DNA of 64,000 nucleotides from Eledone cirrhosa (lineage: Eukaryota). The notes under the pieces were generated by a model. The model did not search any database, was not told where the DNA came from, and was given only the letters and a program-made list of their open reading frames with translations. The number at the start of each line of letters is the position of its first letter. The first letter of the stretch is position 1. The stretch spans positions 11,160,001-11,224,000 of the forward strand of contig OZ024740.1 in assembly GCA_964016885.1 (NCBI GenBank). The letters are read 5' to 3'. This document shows, piece after piece, positions 15,001 through 30,000 of the stretch. The position numbers and the translations under genes are program-made.

Positions 15001-18000
15001 CCTGACATTCTAACAACTCTGCCTAACCACTCTGCCATTCAATCTGACGTTCTAACAACTCTGCCATTCAATCTGACGTTCTAACAATTCTGCCATTTTA
15101 TCTGACGTTCTAACCACTCTGCCATTCAATCTGACGTTCTAACAACTCTGCCATTTTATCTGACGTTCTAACCACTCTGCCATTCTACCCGACGTCCTAA
15201 CCACTCTACCATTCTACCTGACGTTCTAACAACTCTGCCTAACCACTCTGCCATTCAATCTGACGTTTTAACAACTCTGCCATTCTATCTGACGTTCTAA
15301 CCACTCTGCCATTCTACCTGACGTTCTAACAACTCTGCCATTCTATCTGACATTCTAACAACTCTGCCATTCTAACAACTCTGCCATTCTACCTGACGTT
15401 CTAACAACTCTGCCATTCTATCTGAGGTTCTAACAACTCTACCATTCTATCTGACGTTCTAACCACTCTGCCATTCTACCCGACGTTCTAACCACTCTAC
15501 CATTCTACCTGACGTTCTAACAACTCTGCCATTCTTTCTGACGTTCTAACAACTCTGCAATTCTTTCTGACGTTCTTACAACGCTGCCATTCTATCTGAC
15601 GTTCTAACAACTCTGCCATTCTATCTGACGTTCTAACAACTCTGCCATTCTATCTGAGATTCTAACAACTCTGCCATTCTATCTGATGTTCTAACCACTC
15701 ATCCATTCTGACAACTCTGCCATTCTATCTGAGATTCTCACAACTCTGCCATTCTATGTGAGATTCTAACCACTCTGCCAGTCTATCTGCCGTTCTAACA
15801 ACTCATCCATTCTAACAACTCTGCCATTCTATCTGACGTTCTAACCAACGTTCTAACAACTCTGCCATTCTATCTGACGTTCTAACCAACGTTCTAACAA
15901 CTCTGCCATTCTATCTGAGATTCTAACAACTCTGCCATTCTATCTGACGTTCTAACCACTCTGCCATTCTACCCGACGTTCTAACCACTCTACCATTCTA
16001 CCTGACGTACTAACAACTCTGCCATTCTTTCTGACGTTCTAACAACTGCCATTCTATCTGACGTTCTAACAACTCTACCATTCTATCTGACGTTCTAACA
16101 ACTCTGCCATTCTATCTGACGTTCTAACCTCCCTGCCATTCTATCTGACGTTCTAACAACTCTGCCATTCTATCTGAGATTCTAACAGCTCTGCCATTCT
16201 ATCTAATGTTCTAACCACTCTGCCATTCTATCTGACGTTCTAACCACTCTGCCATTCTATCTGACGTTCTAACAACTCTGCCATTCTATCTGACGTTCTA
16301 ACCACTCTGCCATTCTATCTGACGTTCTAACCACTCTGCCATTCTACCCGACGTTCTAACCACTCTGCCATTCTACCTGACGTTCTAACAACTCTGCCAT
16401 TCTACCCGACGTTCTAACCACTCTGCCATTCTACCTGACGTTCTAACAACTCTGCCATTCTACCCGACGTTCTAACCACTCTGCCATTCTACCTGACATT
16501 CTAACAACTCTGCCTAACCACTCTGCCATTCAATCTGATGTTCTAACAACTCTGCCATTCTACCTGACATTCTAACAACTCTGCCATTCTATCTGAGATT
16601 CTAACAACTCTGCCATTCTATCTGATGTTCTAACCACTCTGCCATTCTACCCGACGTTCTAACCACTCTGCCATTCTACCTGACGTTCTAACAACTCTGA
16701 CATTCTACCCGACGTTCTAACCACTCTGCCATTCTATCTGAGATTCTAACAACTCTGCCATTCTATCTGACATTCTAACAACTCTGCCTAACCACTCTGC
16801 CATTCAATCTGACGTTCTAACCACTCTGCCATTCAATCTGACGTTCTAACAACTCTGCCATTTTATCTGACGTTCTAACCACTCTGCCATTCTACCCGAC
16901 GTCCTAACCACTCTACCATTCTACCTGACGTTCTAACAACTCTGCCTAACCACTCTGCCATTCAATCTGACGTTTTAACAACTCTGCCATTCTATCTGAC
17001 GTTCTAACCACTCTGCCATTCTACCTGACGTTCTAACCAATCTGCCATTCTACCTGACGTTCTAACAACTCTGCCATTCTATCTGACATTCTAACAACTC
17101 TGCCATTCTAACAACTCTGCCATTCTACCTGACGTTCTAACAACTCTGCCATTCTATCTGAGGTTCTAACAACTCTACCATTCTATCTGACGTTCTAACC
17201 ACTCTGCCATTCTATCTGACGTTCTAACAACTCTGCCATTCTATCTAAGATTCTAACAACTCTGCCATTCTATCTGACGTTCTAACCACTCTGCCATTCA
17301 ATCTGACGTTCTAACAACTCTACCATTCTACCCGACGTTCTAACCACTCTACCATTCTACCTGACGTTCTAACAACTCTGCCATTCTATCTGACGTTCTA
17401 ACAACTCTGCCATTCTATCTGAGATTCTAACAACTCTGCCATTCTATCTGATGTTCTAACCACTCTGCCATTCTAACAACTCTGCCATTCTATCTGAGAT
17501 TCTAACAACTCTGCCATTCTATCTGAGATTCTAACCACTCTGCCATTCTAACAACTCTGCCATTCTATATGCCGTTCTAACAACTCTGCCATTCTATCTG
17601 AGATTCTAACAACTCTACCAATCTATCTGACGTTCTAACAACTCTACCATTCTATATGAGATTCTAACAACTCTACCATTCTATCTGCCGTTCTAACCAC
17701 TCTACCATTCTATCTGAGATTCTAACAACTCTACCATTCTATCTGACGTTCTAACCACTCTACCATTCTATCTGAGATTCTAACAACTCTACCATTCTAT
17801 CTGACGTTCTAACCACCCTGCCATTCTACCCGACGTTCTAACCACCCTGCCATTCTACCCGACGTTCTAACAACTCTGGCATTCTATCTACCATTCTATC
17901 TGACGTTCTAACAACTCTGCCATTCTACCCGACGTTCTAACCACTCTGCCATTCTACCTGACGTTTTAACCACTCTGCCATTCTACCTGACGTTCTAACA

Positions 18001-21000
18001 ACTCTGCCATTCTATCTGACGTTCTAACAACTCTGCCATTCTACCCGACGTTCTAACCACTCTGCCATTCTACCTGACGTTCTAACCACTCTGCCATTCT
18101 ACCCGACGTTCTAACCACTCTGCCATTCTACCTGACGTTCTAACAATTCTGCCATTCTACCCGACGTTCTAACCACTCTGCCATTCTACCTGACGTTCTA
18201 ACAACTCTGCCATTCTACCCGACGTTCTAACCACTCTGCCATTTTACCTGACATTCTAACAACTCTGCCTAACCACTCTGCCATTCAATCTGACGTTCTA
18301 ACAACTCTGTCATTCTAATAACTCTGCCATTCAATCTGACGTTCTAACAACTCTGCCATTTTACCTGACATTCTAACAACTCTGCCTAACCACTCTGCCA
18401 TTCAATCTGACGTTCTAACAACTCTGCCATTCTAATAACTCTGCCATTCTATCTGACGTTCTAACCACTCTGCCATTCAATCTGACGTTCTAACAACTCT
18501 GCCATTTTATCTGACGTTCTAACCACTCTGCCATTCTACCCGACGTTCTAACAACTCTACCATTCTATCTGACGTTCTAACAACTCTACCATTCTATCTG
18601 GCTTTCTAACGACTCTACCATTCTATCTGACGTTCTAACAACTCTGCCATTCTATCTGAGATTCTAACAACTCTGCCATTCTATCTGATGTTCTAACCAC
18701 TCTGCCATTCTATCTGCCGTTCTAACAACTCTGCCATTCTACCTGAGATTCTAACAACTCTGCCATTCTATCTGAGATTCTAACAACTCTGCCATTCTAT
18801 CTGAGATTCTAACCACTCTGCCATTCTAACAACTCTGCCATTCTATCTGATGTTCTAACCACTCTGCCATTCTATCTGCCGTTCTAACAACTCTGCCATT
18901 CTATCTGAGATTCTAACAACTCTGCCATTCTATCTGACGTTCTAACAACTCTACCATTCTTTCTGACGTTCTAACCACTCTGCCATTCTATCTGACGTGC
19001 TAACAACTCTGCCATTTTATCGGACCTTCTAACAACTCTGCCATTCTATCTGACGTTCTAACCACTCTGCCATTCTAACAACTCTGCCATTCTATCTGAC
19101 GTTCTAACCACTCTACCATTCTATATGAGATTCTAACAACTCTACCATTCTATCTGCCGTTCTAACCACTCTACCATTCTATCTGAGATTCTAACAACTC
19201 TACCATTCTATCTGACGTTCTAACAACTCTACCATTCTATATGAGATTCTAACAACTCTACCATTCTATCTGCCGTTCTAACCACTCTACCATTCTATCT
19301 GAGATTCTAACAACTCTACCATTCTATCTGACGTTCTAACAACTATACCATTCTATCTGAGATTCTAACAACTCTACCATTCTATCTGCCGTTCTAACCA
19401 CTCTACCATTCTATCTGAGATTCTAAAAACTCTACCATTCTATCTGACGTTCTAACCACTCTACCATTCTATATGAGATTCTAACAACTCTACCATTCTA
19501 TCTGCCGTTCTAACCACTCTACCATTCTATCTGAGATTCTAAAAACTCTACCATTCTATCTGACGTTCTAACAACTCTACCATTCTATATGAGATTCTAA
19601 CAACTCTACCATTCTATCTGCCGTTCTAACCACTCTACCATTCTATCTGAGATTCTAAAAACTCTACCATTCTATCTGACGTTCTAACCACTCTACCATT
19701 CTATCTGAGATTCGAACAACTCTACCATTCTATCTGACGTTCTAACCACCCTGCCATTCTACCCGACGTTCTAACCACCCTGCCATTCTACCCGACGTTC
19801 TAACAACTCTGGCATTCTATCTACCATTCTATCTGACGTTCTAACAACTCTGCCATTCTACCTGACGTTCTAACCACTCTGCCATTCTACCTGACGTTCT
19901 AACAACTCTGCCATTCTATCTGACATTCTAACAACTCTGCCATTCTAACAACTCTGCCATTCTACCTGACGTTCTAACAACTCTGCCATTCTATCTGAGG
20001 TTCTAACAACTCTACCATTCTATCTGACGTTCTAACCACTCTGCCATTCTACCCGACGTTCTAACCACTCTACCATTCTACCTGACGTTCTAACAACTCT
20101 GCCATTCTTTCTGACGTTCTAACAACTCTGCAATTCTTTCTGACGTTCTTACAACGCTGCCATTCTATCTGACGTTCTAACAACTCTGCCATTCTATCTG
20201 ACGTTCTAACAACTCTGCCATTCTATCTGAGATTCTAACAACTCTGCCATTCTATCTGATGTTCTAACCACTCATCCATTCTGACAACTCTGCCATTCTA
20301 TCTGAGATTCTCACAACTCTGCCATTCTATGTGAGATTCTAACCACTCTGCCAGTCTATCTGCCGTTCTAACAACTCTGCCATTCTATCTGCCGTTCTAA
20401 CAACTCATCCATTCTAACAACTCTGCCATTCTATCTGACGTTCTAACCAACGTTCTAACAACTCTGCCATTCTATCTGACGTTCTAACCAACGTTCTAAC
20501 AACTCTGCCATTCTATCTGAGATTCTAACAACTCTGCCATTCTATCTGACGTTCTAACCACTCTGCCATTCTACCCGACGTTCTAACCACTCTACCATTC
20601 TACCTGACGTACTAACAACTCTGCCATTCTTTCTGACGTTCTAACAACTGCCATTCTATCTGACGTTCTAACAACTCTACCATTCTATCTGACGTTCTAA
20701 CAACTCTGCCATTCTATCTGACGTTCTAACCTCCCTGCCATTCTATCTGACGTTCTAACAACTCTGCCATTCTATCTGAGATTCTAACAGCTCTGCCATT
20801 CTATCTGATGTTCTAACCACTCTGCCATTCTATCTGCCGTTCTAACAACTCTGCCATTCTATCTGCCGTTCTAACCGCTCTGCCATTCTATCTGACGTTC
20901 TAACAACTCTGCCATTCTATCTGAGATTCTAACAACTCTGCCATTCTATCTGACGTTCTAACAACTCTACCATTCTATCTGACGTTCTAACCGCTCTGCC

Positions 21001-24000
21001 ATTCTATCTGACGTTCTAACAACTCTGTCATTCTATCTAATGTTCTAACCACTCTGCCATTCTATCTGACGTTCTAACCACTCTGCCATTCTATCTGACG
21101 TTCTAACAACTCTGCCATTCTATCTGACGTTCTAACCACTCTGCCATTCTATCTGACGTTCTAACCACTCTGCCATTCTACCCGACGTTCTAACCACTCT
21201 GCCATTCTACCTGACGTTCTAACAACTCTGCCATTCTACCCGACGTTCTAACCACTCTGCCATTCTACCTGACGTTCTAACAACTCTGCCATTCTACCCG
21301 ACGTTCTAACCACTCTGCCATTCTACCTGACATTCTAACAACTCTGCCTAACCACTCTGCCATTCAATCTGATGTTCTAACAACTCTGCCATTCTACCTG
21401 ACATTCTAACAACTCTGCCATTCTATCTGAGATTCTAACAACTCTGCCATTCTATCTGATGTTCTAACCACTCTGCCATTCTACCCGACGTTCTAACCAC
21501 TCTGCCATTCTACCTGACGTTCTAACAACTCTGACATTCTACCCGACGTTCTAACCACTCTGCCATTCTACCTGACGTTCTAACAACTCTGCCATTCTAC
21601 CCGACGTTCTAACCACTCTGCCATTTTACCTGACATTCTAACAACTCTGCCTAACCACTCTGCCATTCAATCTGACGTTCTAACAACTCTGTCATTCTAA
21701 TAACTCTGCCATTCAATCTGACGTTCTAACAACTCTGCCATTTTACCTGACATTCTAACAACTCTGCCTAACCACTCTGCCATTCAATCTGACGTTCTAA
21801 CAACTCTGCCATTCTAATAACTCTGCCATTCTATCTGACGTTCTAACCACTCTGCCATTCAATCTGACGTTCTAACAACTCTGCCATTTTATCTGACGTT
21901 CTAACCACTCTGCCATTCTACCCGACGTTCTAACAACTCTACCATTCTATCTGACGTTCTAACAACTCTACCATTCTATCTGGCTTTCTAACGACTCTAC
22001 CATTCTATCTGACGTTCTAACAACTCTGCCATTCTATCTGAGATTCTAACAACTCTGCCATTCTATCTGATGTTCTAACCACTCTGCCATTCTATCTGCC
22101 GTTCTAACAACTCTGCCATTCTACCTGAGATTCTAACAACTCTGCCATTCTATCTGAGATTCTAACAACTCTGCCATTCTATCTGAGATTCTAACCACTC
22201 TGCCATTCTAACAACTCTGCCATTCTATCTGATGTTCTAACCACTCTGCCATTCTATCTGCCGTTCTAACAACTCTGCCATTCTATCTGAGATTCTAACA
22301 ACTCTGCCATTCTATCTGACGTTCTAACAACTCTACCATTCTTTCTGACGTTCTAACCACTCTGCCATTCTATCTGACGTGCTAACAACTCTGCCATTTT
22401 ATCGGACCTTCTAACAACTCTGCCATTCTATCTGACGTTCTAACCACTCTGCCATTCTAACAACTCTGCCATTCTATCTGACGTTCTAACCACTCTACCA
22501 TTCTATATGAGATTCTAACAACTCTACCATTCTATCTGCCGTTCTAACCACTCTACCATTCTATCTGAGATTCTAACAACTCTACCATTCTATCTGACGT
22601 TCTAACAACTCTACCATTCTATATGAGATTCTAACAACTCTACCATTCTATCTGCCGTTCTAACCACTCTACCATTCTATCTGAGATTCTAACAACTCTA
22701 CCATTCTATCTGACGTTCTAACAACTATACCATTCTATCTGAGATTCTAACAACTCTACCATTCTATCTGCCGTTCTAACCACTCTACCATTCTATCTGA
22801 GATTCTAAAAACTCTACCATTCTATCTGACGTTCTAACCACTCTACCATTCTATATGAGATTCTAACAACTCTACCATTCTATCTGCCGTTCTAACCACT
22901 CTACCATTCTATCTGAGATTCTAAAAACTCTACCATTCTATCTGACGTTCTAACAACTCTACCATTCTATATGAGATTCTAACAACTCTACCATTCTATC
23001 TGCCGTTCTAACCACTCTACCATTCTATCTGAGATTCTAAAAACTCTACCATTCTATCTGACGTTCTAACCACTCTACCATTCTATCTGAGATTCGAACA
23101 ACTCTACCATTCTATCTGACGTTCTAACCACCCTGCCATTCTACCCGACGTTCTAACCACCCTGCCATTCTACCCGACGTTCTAACAACTCTGGCATTCT
23201 ATCTACCATTCTATCTGACGTTCTAACAACTCTGCCATTCTACCTGACGTTCTAACCACTCTGCCATTCTACCTGACGTTCTAACAACTCTGCCATTCTA
23301 TCTGACATTCTAACAACTCTGCCATTCTAACAACTCTGCCATTCTACCTGACGTTCTAACAACTCTGCCATTCTATCTGAGGTTCTAACAACTCTACCAT
23401 TCTATCTGACGTTCTAACCACTCTGCCATTCTACCCGACGTTCTAACCACTCTACCATTCTACCTGACGTTCTAACAACTCTGCCATTCTTTCTGACGTT
23501 CTAACAACTCTGCAATTCTTTCTGACGTTCTTACAACGCTGCCATTCTATCTGACGTTCTAACAACTCTGCCATTCTATCTGACGTTCTAACAACTCTGC
23601 CATTCTATCTGAGATTCTAACAACTCTGCCATTCTATCTGATGTTCTAACCACTCATCCATTCTGACAACTCTGCCATTCTATCTGAGATTCTCACAACT
23701 CTGCCATTCTATGTGAGATTCTAACCACTCTGCCAGTCTATCTGCCGTTCTAACAACTCTGCCATTCTATCTGCCGTTCTAACAACTCATCCATTCTAAC
23801 AACTCTGCCATTCTATCTGACGTTCTAACCAACGTTCTAACAACTCTGCCATTCTATCTGACGTTCTAACCAACGTTCTAACAACTCTGCCATTCTATCT
23901 GAGATTCTAACAACTCTGCCATTCTATCTGACGTTCTAACCACTCTGCCATTCTACCCGACGTTCTAACCACTCTACCATTCTACCTGACGTACTAACAA

Positions 24001-27000
24001 CTCTGCCATTCTTTCTGACGTTCTAACAACTGCCATTCTATCTGACGTTCTAACAACTCTACCATTCTATCTGACGTTCTAACAACTCTGCCATTCTATC
24101 TGACGTTCTAACCTCCCTGCCATTCTATCTGACGTTCTAACAACTCTGCCATTCTATCTGAGATTCTAACAGCTCTGCCATTCTATCTGATGTTCTAACC
24201 ACTCTGCCATTCTATCTGCCGTTCTAACAACTCTGCCATTCTATCTGCCGTTCTAACCGCTCTGCCATTCTATCTGACGTTCTAACAACTCTGCCATTCT
24301 ATCTGAGATTCTAACAACTCTGCCATTCTATCTGACGTTCTAACAACTCTACCATTCTATCTGACGTTCTAACCGCTCTGCCATTCTATCTGACGTTCTA
24401 ACAACTCTGTCATTCTATCTAATGTTCTAACCACTCTGCCATTCTATCTGACGTTCTAACCACTCTGCCATTCTATCTGACGTTCTAACAACTCTGCCAT
24501 TCTATCTGACGTTCTAACCACTCTGCCATTCTATCTGACGTTCTAACCACTCTGCCATTCTACCCGACGTTCTAACCACTCTGCCATTCTACCTGACGTT
24601 CTAACAACTCTGCCATTCTACCCGACGTTCTAACCACTCTGCCATTCTACCTGACGTTCTAACAACTCTGCCATTCTACCCGACGTTCTAACCACTCTGC
24701 CATTCTACCTGACATTCTAACAACTCTGCCTAACCACTCTGCCATTCAATCTGATGTTCTAACAACTCTGCCATTCTACCTGACATTCTAACAACTCTGC
24801 CATTCTATCTGAGATTCTAACAACTCTGCCATTCTATCTGATGTTCTAACCACTCTGCCATTCTACCCGACGTTCTAACCACTCTGCCATTCTACCTGAC
24901 GTTCTAACAACTCTGACATTCTACCCGACGTTCTAACCACTCTGCCATTCTATCTGAGATTCTAACAACTCTGCCATTCTATCTGACATTCTAACAACTC
25001 TGCCTAACCACTCTGCCATTCAATCTGACGTTCTAACAACTCTGCCATTCAATCTGACGTTCTAACCACTCTGCCATTCAATCTGACGTTCTAACAACTC
25101 TGCCATTTTATCTGACGTTCTAACCACTCTGCCATTCTACCCGACGTCCTAACCACTCTACCATTCTACCTGACGTTCTAACAACTCTGCCTAACCACTC
25201 TGCCATTCAATCTGACGTTTTAACAACTCTGCCATTCTATCTGACGTTCTAACCACTCTGCCATTCTACCTGACGTTCTAACCAATCTGCCATTCTACCT
25301 GACGTTCTAACAACTCTGCCATTCTATCTGACATTCTAACAACTCTGCCATTCTAACAACTCTGCCATTCTACCTGACGTTCTAACAACTCTGCCATTCT
25401 ATCTGAGGTTCTAACAACTCTACCATTCTATCTGACGTTCTAACCACTCTGCCATTCTATCTGACGTTCTAACAACTCTGCCATTCTATCTAAGATTCTA
25501 ACAACTCTGCCATTCTATCTGACGTTCTAACCACTCTGCCATTCAATCTGACGTTCTAACAACTCTACCATTCTACCCGACGTTCTAACCACTCTACCAT
25601 TCTACCTGACGTTCTAACAACTCTGCCATTCTATCTGACGTTCTAACAACTCTGCCATTCTATCTGAGATTCTAACAACTCTGCCATTCTATCTGATGTT
25701 CTAACCACTCTGCCATTCTAACAACTCTGCCATTCTATCTGAGATTCTAACAACTCTGCCATTCTATCTGAGATTCTAACCACTCTGCCATTCTAACAAC
25801 TCTGCCATTCTATATGCCGTTCTAACAACTCTGCCATTCTATCTGAGATTCTAACAACTCTACCAATCTATCTGACGTTCTAACAACTCTACCATTCTAT
25901 ATGAGATTCTAACAACTCTACCATTCTATCTGCCGTTCTAACCACTCTACCATTCTATCTGAGATTCTAACAACTCTACCATTCTATCTGACGTTCTAAC
26001 CACTCTACCATTCTATCTGAGATTCTAACAACTCTACCATTCTATCTGACGTTCTAACCACCCTGCCATTCTACCCGACGTTCTAACCACCCTGCCATTC
26101 TACCCGACGTTCTAACAACTCTGGCATTCTATCTACCATTCTATCTGACGTTCTAACAACTCTGCCATTCTACCCGACGTTCTAACCACTCTGCCATTCT
26201 ACCTGACGTTTTAACCACTCTGCCATTCTACCTGACGTTCTAACAACTCTGCCATTCTATCTGACGTTCTAACAACTCTGCCATTCTACCCGACGTTCTA
26301 ACCACTCTGCCATTCTACCTGACGTTCTAACCACTCTGCCATTCTACCCGACGTTCTAACCACTCTGCCATTCTACCTGACGTTCTAACAATTCTGCCAT
26401 TCTACCCGACGTTCTAACCACTCTGCCATTCTACCTGACGTTCTAACAACTCTGCCATTCTACCCGACGTTCTAACCACTCTGCCATTTTACCTGACATT
26501 CTAACAACTCTGCCTAACCACTCTGCCATTCAATCTGACGTTCTAACAACTCTGTCATTCTAATAACTCTGCCATTCAATCTGACGTTCTAACAACTCTG
26601 CCATTTTACCTGACATTCTAACAACTCTGCCTAACCACTCTGCCATTCAATCTGACGTTCTAACAACTCTGCCATTCTAATAACTCTGCCATTCTATCTG
26701 ACGTTCTAACCACTCTGCCATTCAATCTGACGTTCTAACAACTCTGCCATTTTATCTGACGTTCTAACCACTCTGCCATTCTACCCGACGTTCTAACAAC
26801 TCTACCATTCTATCTGACGTTCTAACAACTCTACCATTCTATCTGGCTTTCTAACGACTCTACCATTCTATCTGACGTTCTAACAACTCTGCCATTCTAT
26901 CTGAGATTCTAACAACTCTGCCATTCTATCTGATGTTCTAACCACTCTGCCATTCTATCTGCCGTTCTAACAACTCTGCCATTCTACCTGAGATTCTAAC

Positions 27001-30000
27001 AACTCTGCCATTCTATCTGAGATTCTAACAACTCTGCCATTCTATCTGAGATTCTAACCACTCTGCCATTCTAACAACTCTGCCATTCTATCTGATGTTC
27101 TAACCACTCTGCCATTCTATCTGCCGTTCTAACAACTCTGCCATTCTATCTGAGATTCTAACAACTCTGCCATTCTATCTGACGTTCTAACAACTCTACC
27201 ATTCTTTCTGACGTTCTAACCACTCTGCCATTCTATCTGACGTGCTAACAACTCTGCCATTTTATCGGACCTTCTAACAACTCTGCCATTCTATCTGACG
27301 TTCTAACCACTCTGCCATTCTAACAACTCTGCCATTCTATCTGACGTTCTAACCACTCTACCATTCTATATGAGATTCTAACAACTCTACCATTCTATCT
27401 GCCGTTCTAACCACTCTACCATTCTATCTGAGATTCTAACAACTCTACCATTCTATCTGACGTTCTAACAACTCTACCATTCTATATGAGATTCTAACAA
27501 CTCTACCATTCTATCTGCCGTTCTAACCACTCTACCATTCTATCTGAGATTCTAACAACTCTACCATTCTATCTGACGTTCTAACAACTATACCATTCTA
27601 TCTGAGATTCTAACAACTCTACCATTCTATCTGCCGTTCTAACCACTCTACCATTCTATCTGAGATTCTAAAAACTCTACCATTCTATCTGACGTTCTAA
27701 CCACTCTACCATTCTATATGAGATTCTAACAACTCTACCATTCTATCTGCCGTTCTAACCACTCTACCATTCTATCTGAGATTCTAAAAACTCTACCATT
27801 CTATCTGACGTTCTAACAACTCTACCATTCTATATGAGATTCTAACAACTCTACCATTCTATCTGCCGTTCTAACCACTCTACCATTCTATCTGAGATTC
27901 TAAAAACTCTACCATTCTATCTGACGTTCTAACCACTCTACCATTCTATCTGAGATTCGAACAACTCTACCATTCTATCTGACGTTCTAACCACCCTGCC
28001 ATTCTACCCGACGTTCTAACCACCCTGCCATTCTACCCGACGTTCTAACAACTCTGGCATTCTATCTACCATTCTATCTGACGTTCTAACAACTCTGCCA
28101 TTCTACCTGACGTTCTAACCACTCTGCCATTCTACCTGACGTTCTAACAACTCTGCCATTCTATCTGACATTCTAACAACTCTGCCATTCTAACAACTCT
28201 GCCATTCTACCTGACGTTCTAACAACTCTGCCATTCTATCTGAGGTTCTAACAACTCTACCATTCTATCTGACGTTCTAACCACTCTGCCATTCTACCCG
28301 ACGTTCTAACCACTCTACCATTCTACCTGACGTTCTAACAACTCTGCCATTCTTTCTGACGTTCTAACAACTCTGCAATTCTTTCTGACGTTCTTACAAC
28401 GCTGCCATTCTATCTGACGTTCTAACAACTCTGCCATTCTATCTGACGTTCTAACAACTCTGCCATTCTATCTGAGATTCTAACAACTCTGCCATTCTAT
28501 CTGATGTTCTAACCACTCATCCATTCTGACAACTCTGCCATTCTATCTGAGATTCTCACAACTCTGCCATTCTATGTGAGATTCTAACCACTCTGCCAGT
28601 CTATCTGCCGTTCTAACAACTCTGCCATTCTATCTGCCGTTCTAACAACTCATCCATTCTAACAACTCTGCCATTCTATCTGACGTTCTAACCAACGTTC
28701 TAACAACTCTGCCATTCTATCTGACGTTCTAACCAACGTTCTAACAACTCTGCCATTCTATCTGAGATTCTAACAACTCTGCCATTCTATCTGACGTTCT
28801 AACCACTCTGCCATTCTACCCGACGTTCTAACCACTCTACCATTCTACCTGACGTACTAACAACTCTGCCATTCTTTCTGACGTTCTAACAACTGCCATT
28901 CTATCTGACGTTCTAACAACTCTACCATTCTATCTGACGTTCTAACAACTCTGCCATTCTATCTGACGTTCTAACCTCCCTGCCATTCTATCTGACGTTC
29001 TAACAACTCTGCCATTCTATCTGAGATTCTAACAGCTCTGCCATTCTATCTGATGTTCTAACCACTCTGCCATTCTATCTGCCGTTCTAACAACTCTGCC
29101 ATTCTATCTGCCGTTCTAACCGCTCTGCCATTCTATCTGACGTTCTAACAACTCTGCCATTCTATCTGAGATTCTAACAACTCTGCCATTCTATCTGACG
29201 TTCTAACAACTCTACCATTCTATCTGACGTTCTAACCGCTCTGCCATTCTATCTGACGTTCTAACAACTCTGTCATTCTATCTAATGTTCTAACCACTCT
29301 GCCATTCTATCTGACGTTCTAACCACTCTGCCATTCTATCTGACGTTCTAACAACTCTGCCATTCTATCTGACGTTCTAACCACTCTGCCATTCTATCTG
29401 ACGTTCTAACCACTCTGCCATTCTACCCGACGTTCTAACCACTCTGCCATTCTACCTGACGTTCTAACAACTCTGCCATTCTACCCGACGTTCTAACCAC
29501 TCTGCCATTCTACCTGACGTTCTAACAACTCTGCCATTCTACCCGACGTTCTAACCACTCTGCCATTCTACCTGACATTCTAACAACTCTGCCTAACCAC
29601 TCTGCCATTCAATCTGATGTTCTAACAACTCTGCCATTCTACCTGACATTCTAACAACTCTGCCATTCTATCTGAGATTCTAACAACTCTGCCATTCTAT
29701 CTGATGTTCTAACCACTCTGCCATTCTACCCGACGTTCTAACCACTCTGCCATTCTACCTGACGTTCTAACAACTCTGACATTCTACCCGACGTTCTAAC
29801 CACTCTGCCATTCTACCTGACGTTCTAACAACTCTGCCATTCTACCCGACGTTCTAACCACTCTGCCATTTTACCTGACATTCTAACAACTCTGCCTAAC
29901 CACTCTGCCATTCAATCTGACGTTCTAACAACTCTGTCATTCTAATAACTCTGCCATTCAATCTGACGTTCTAACAACTCTGCCATTTTACCTGACATTC

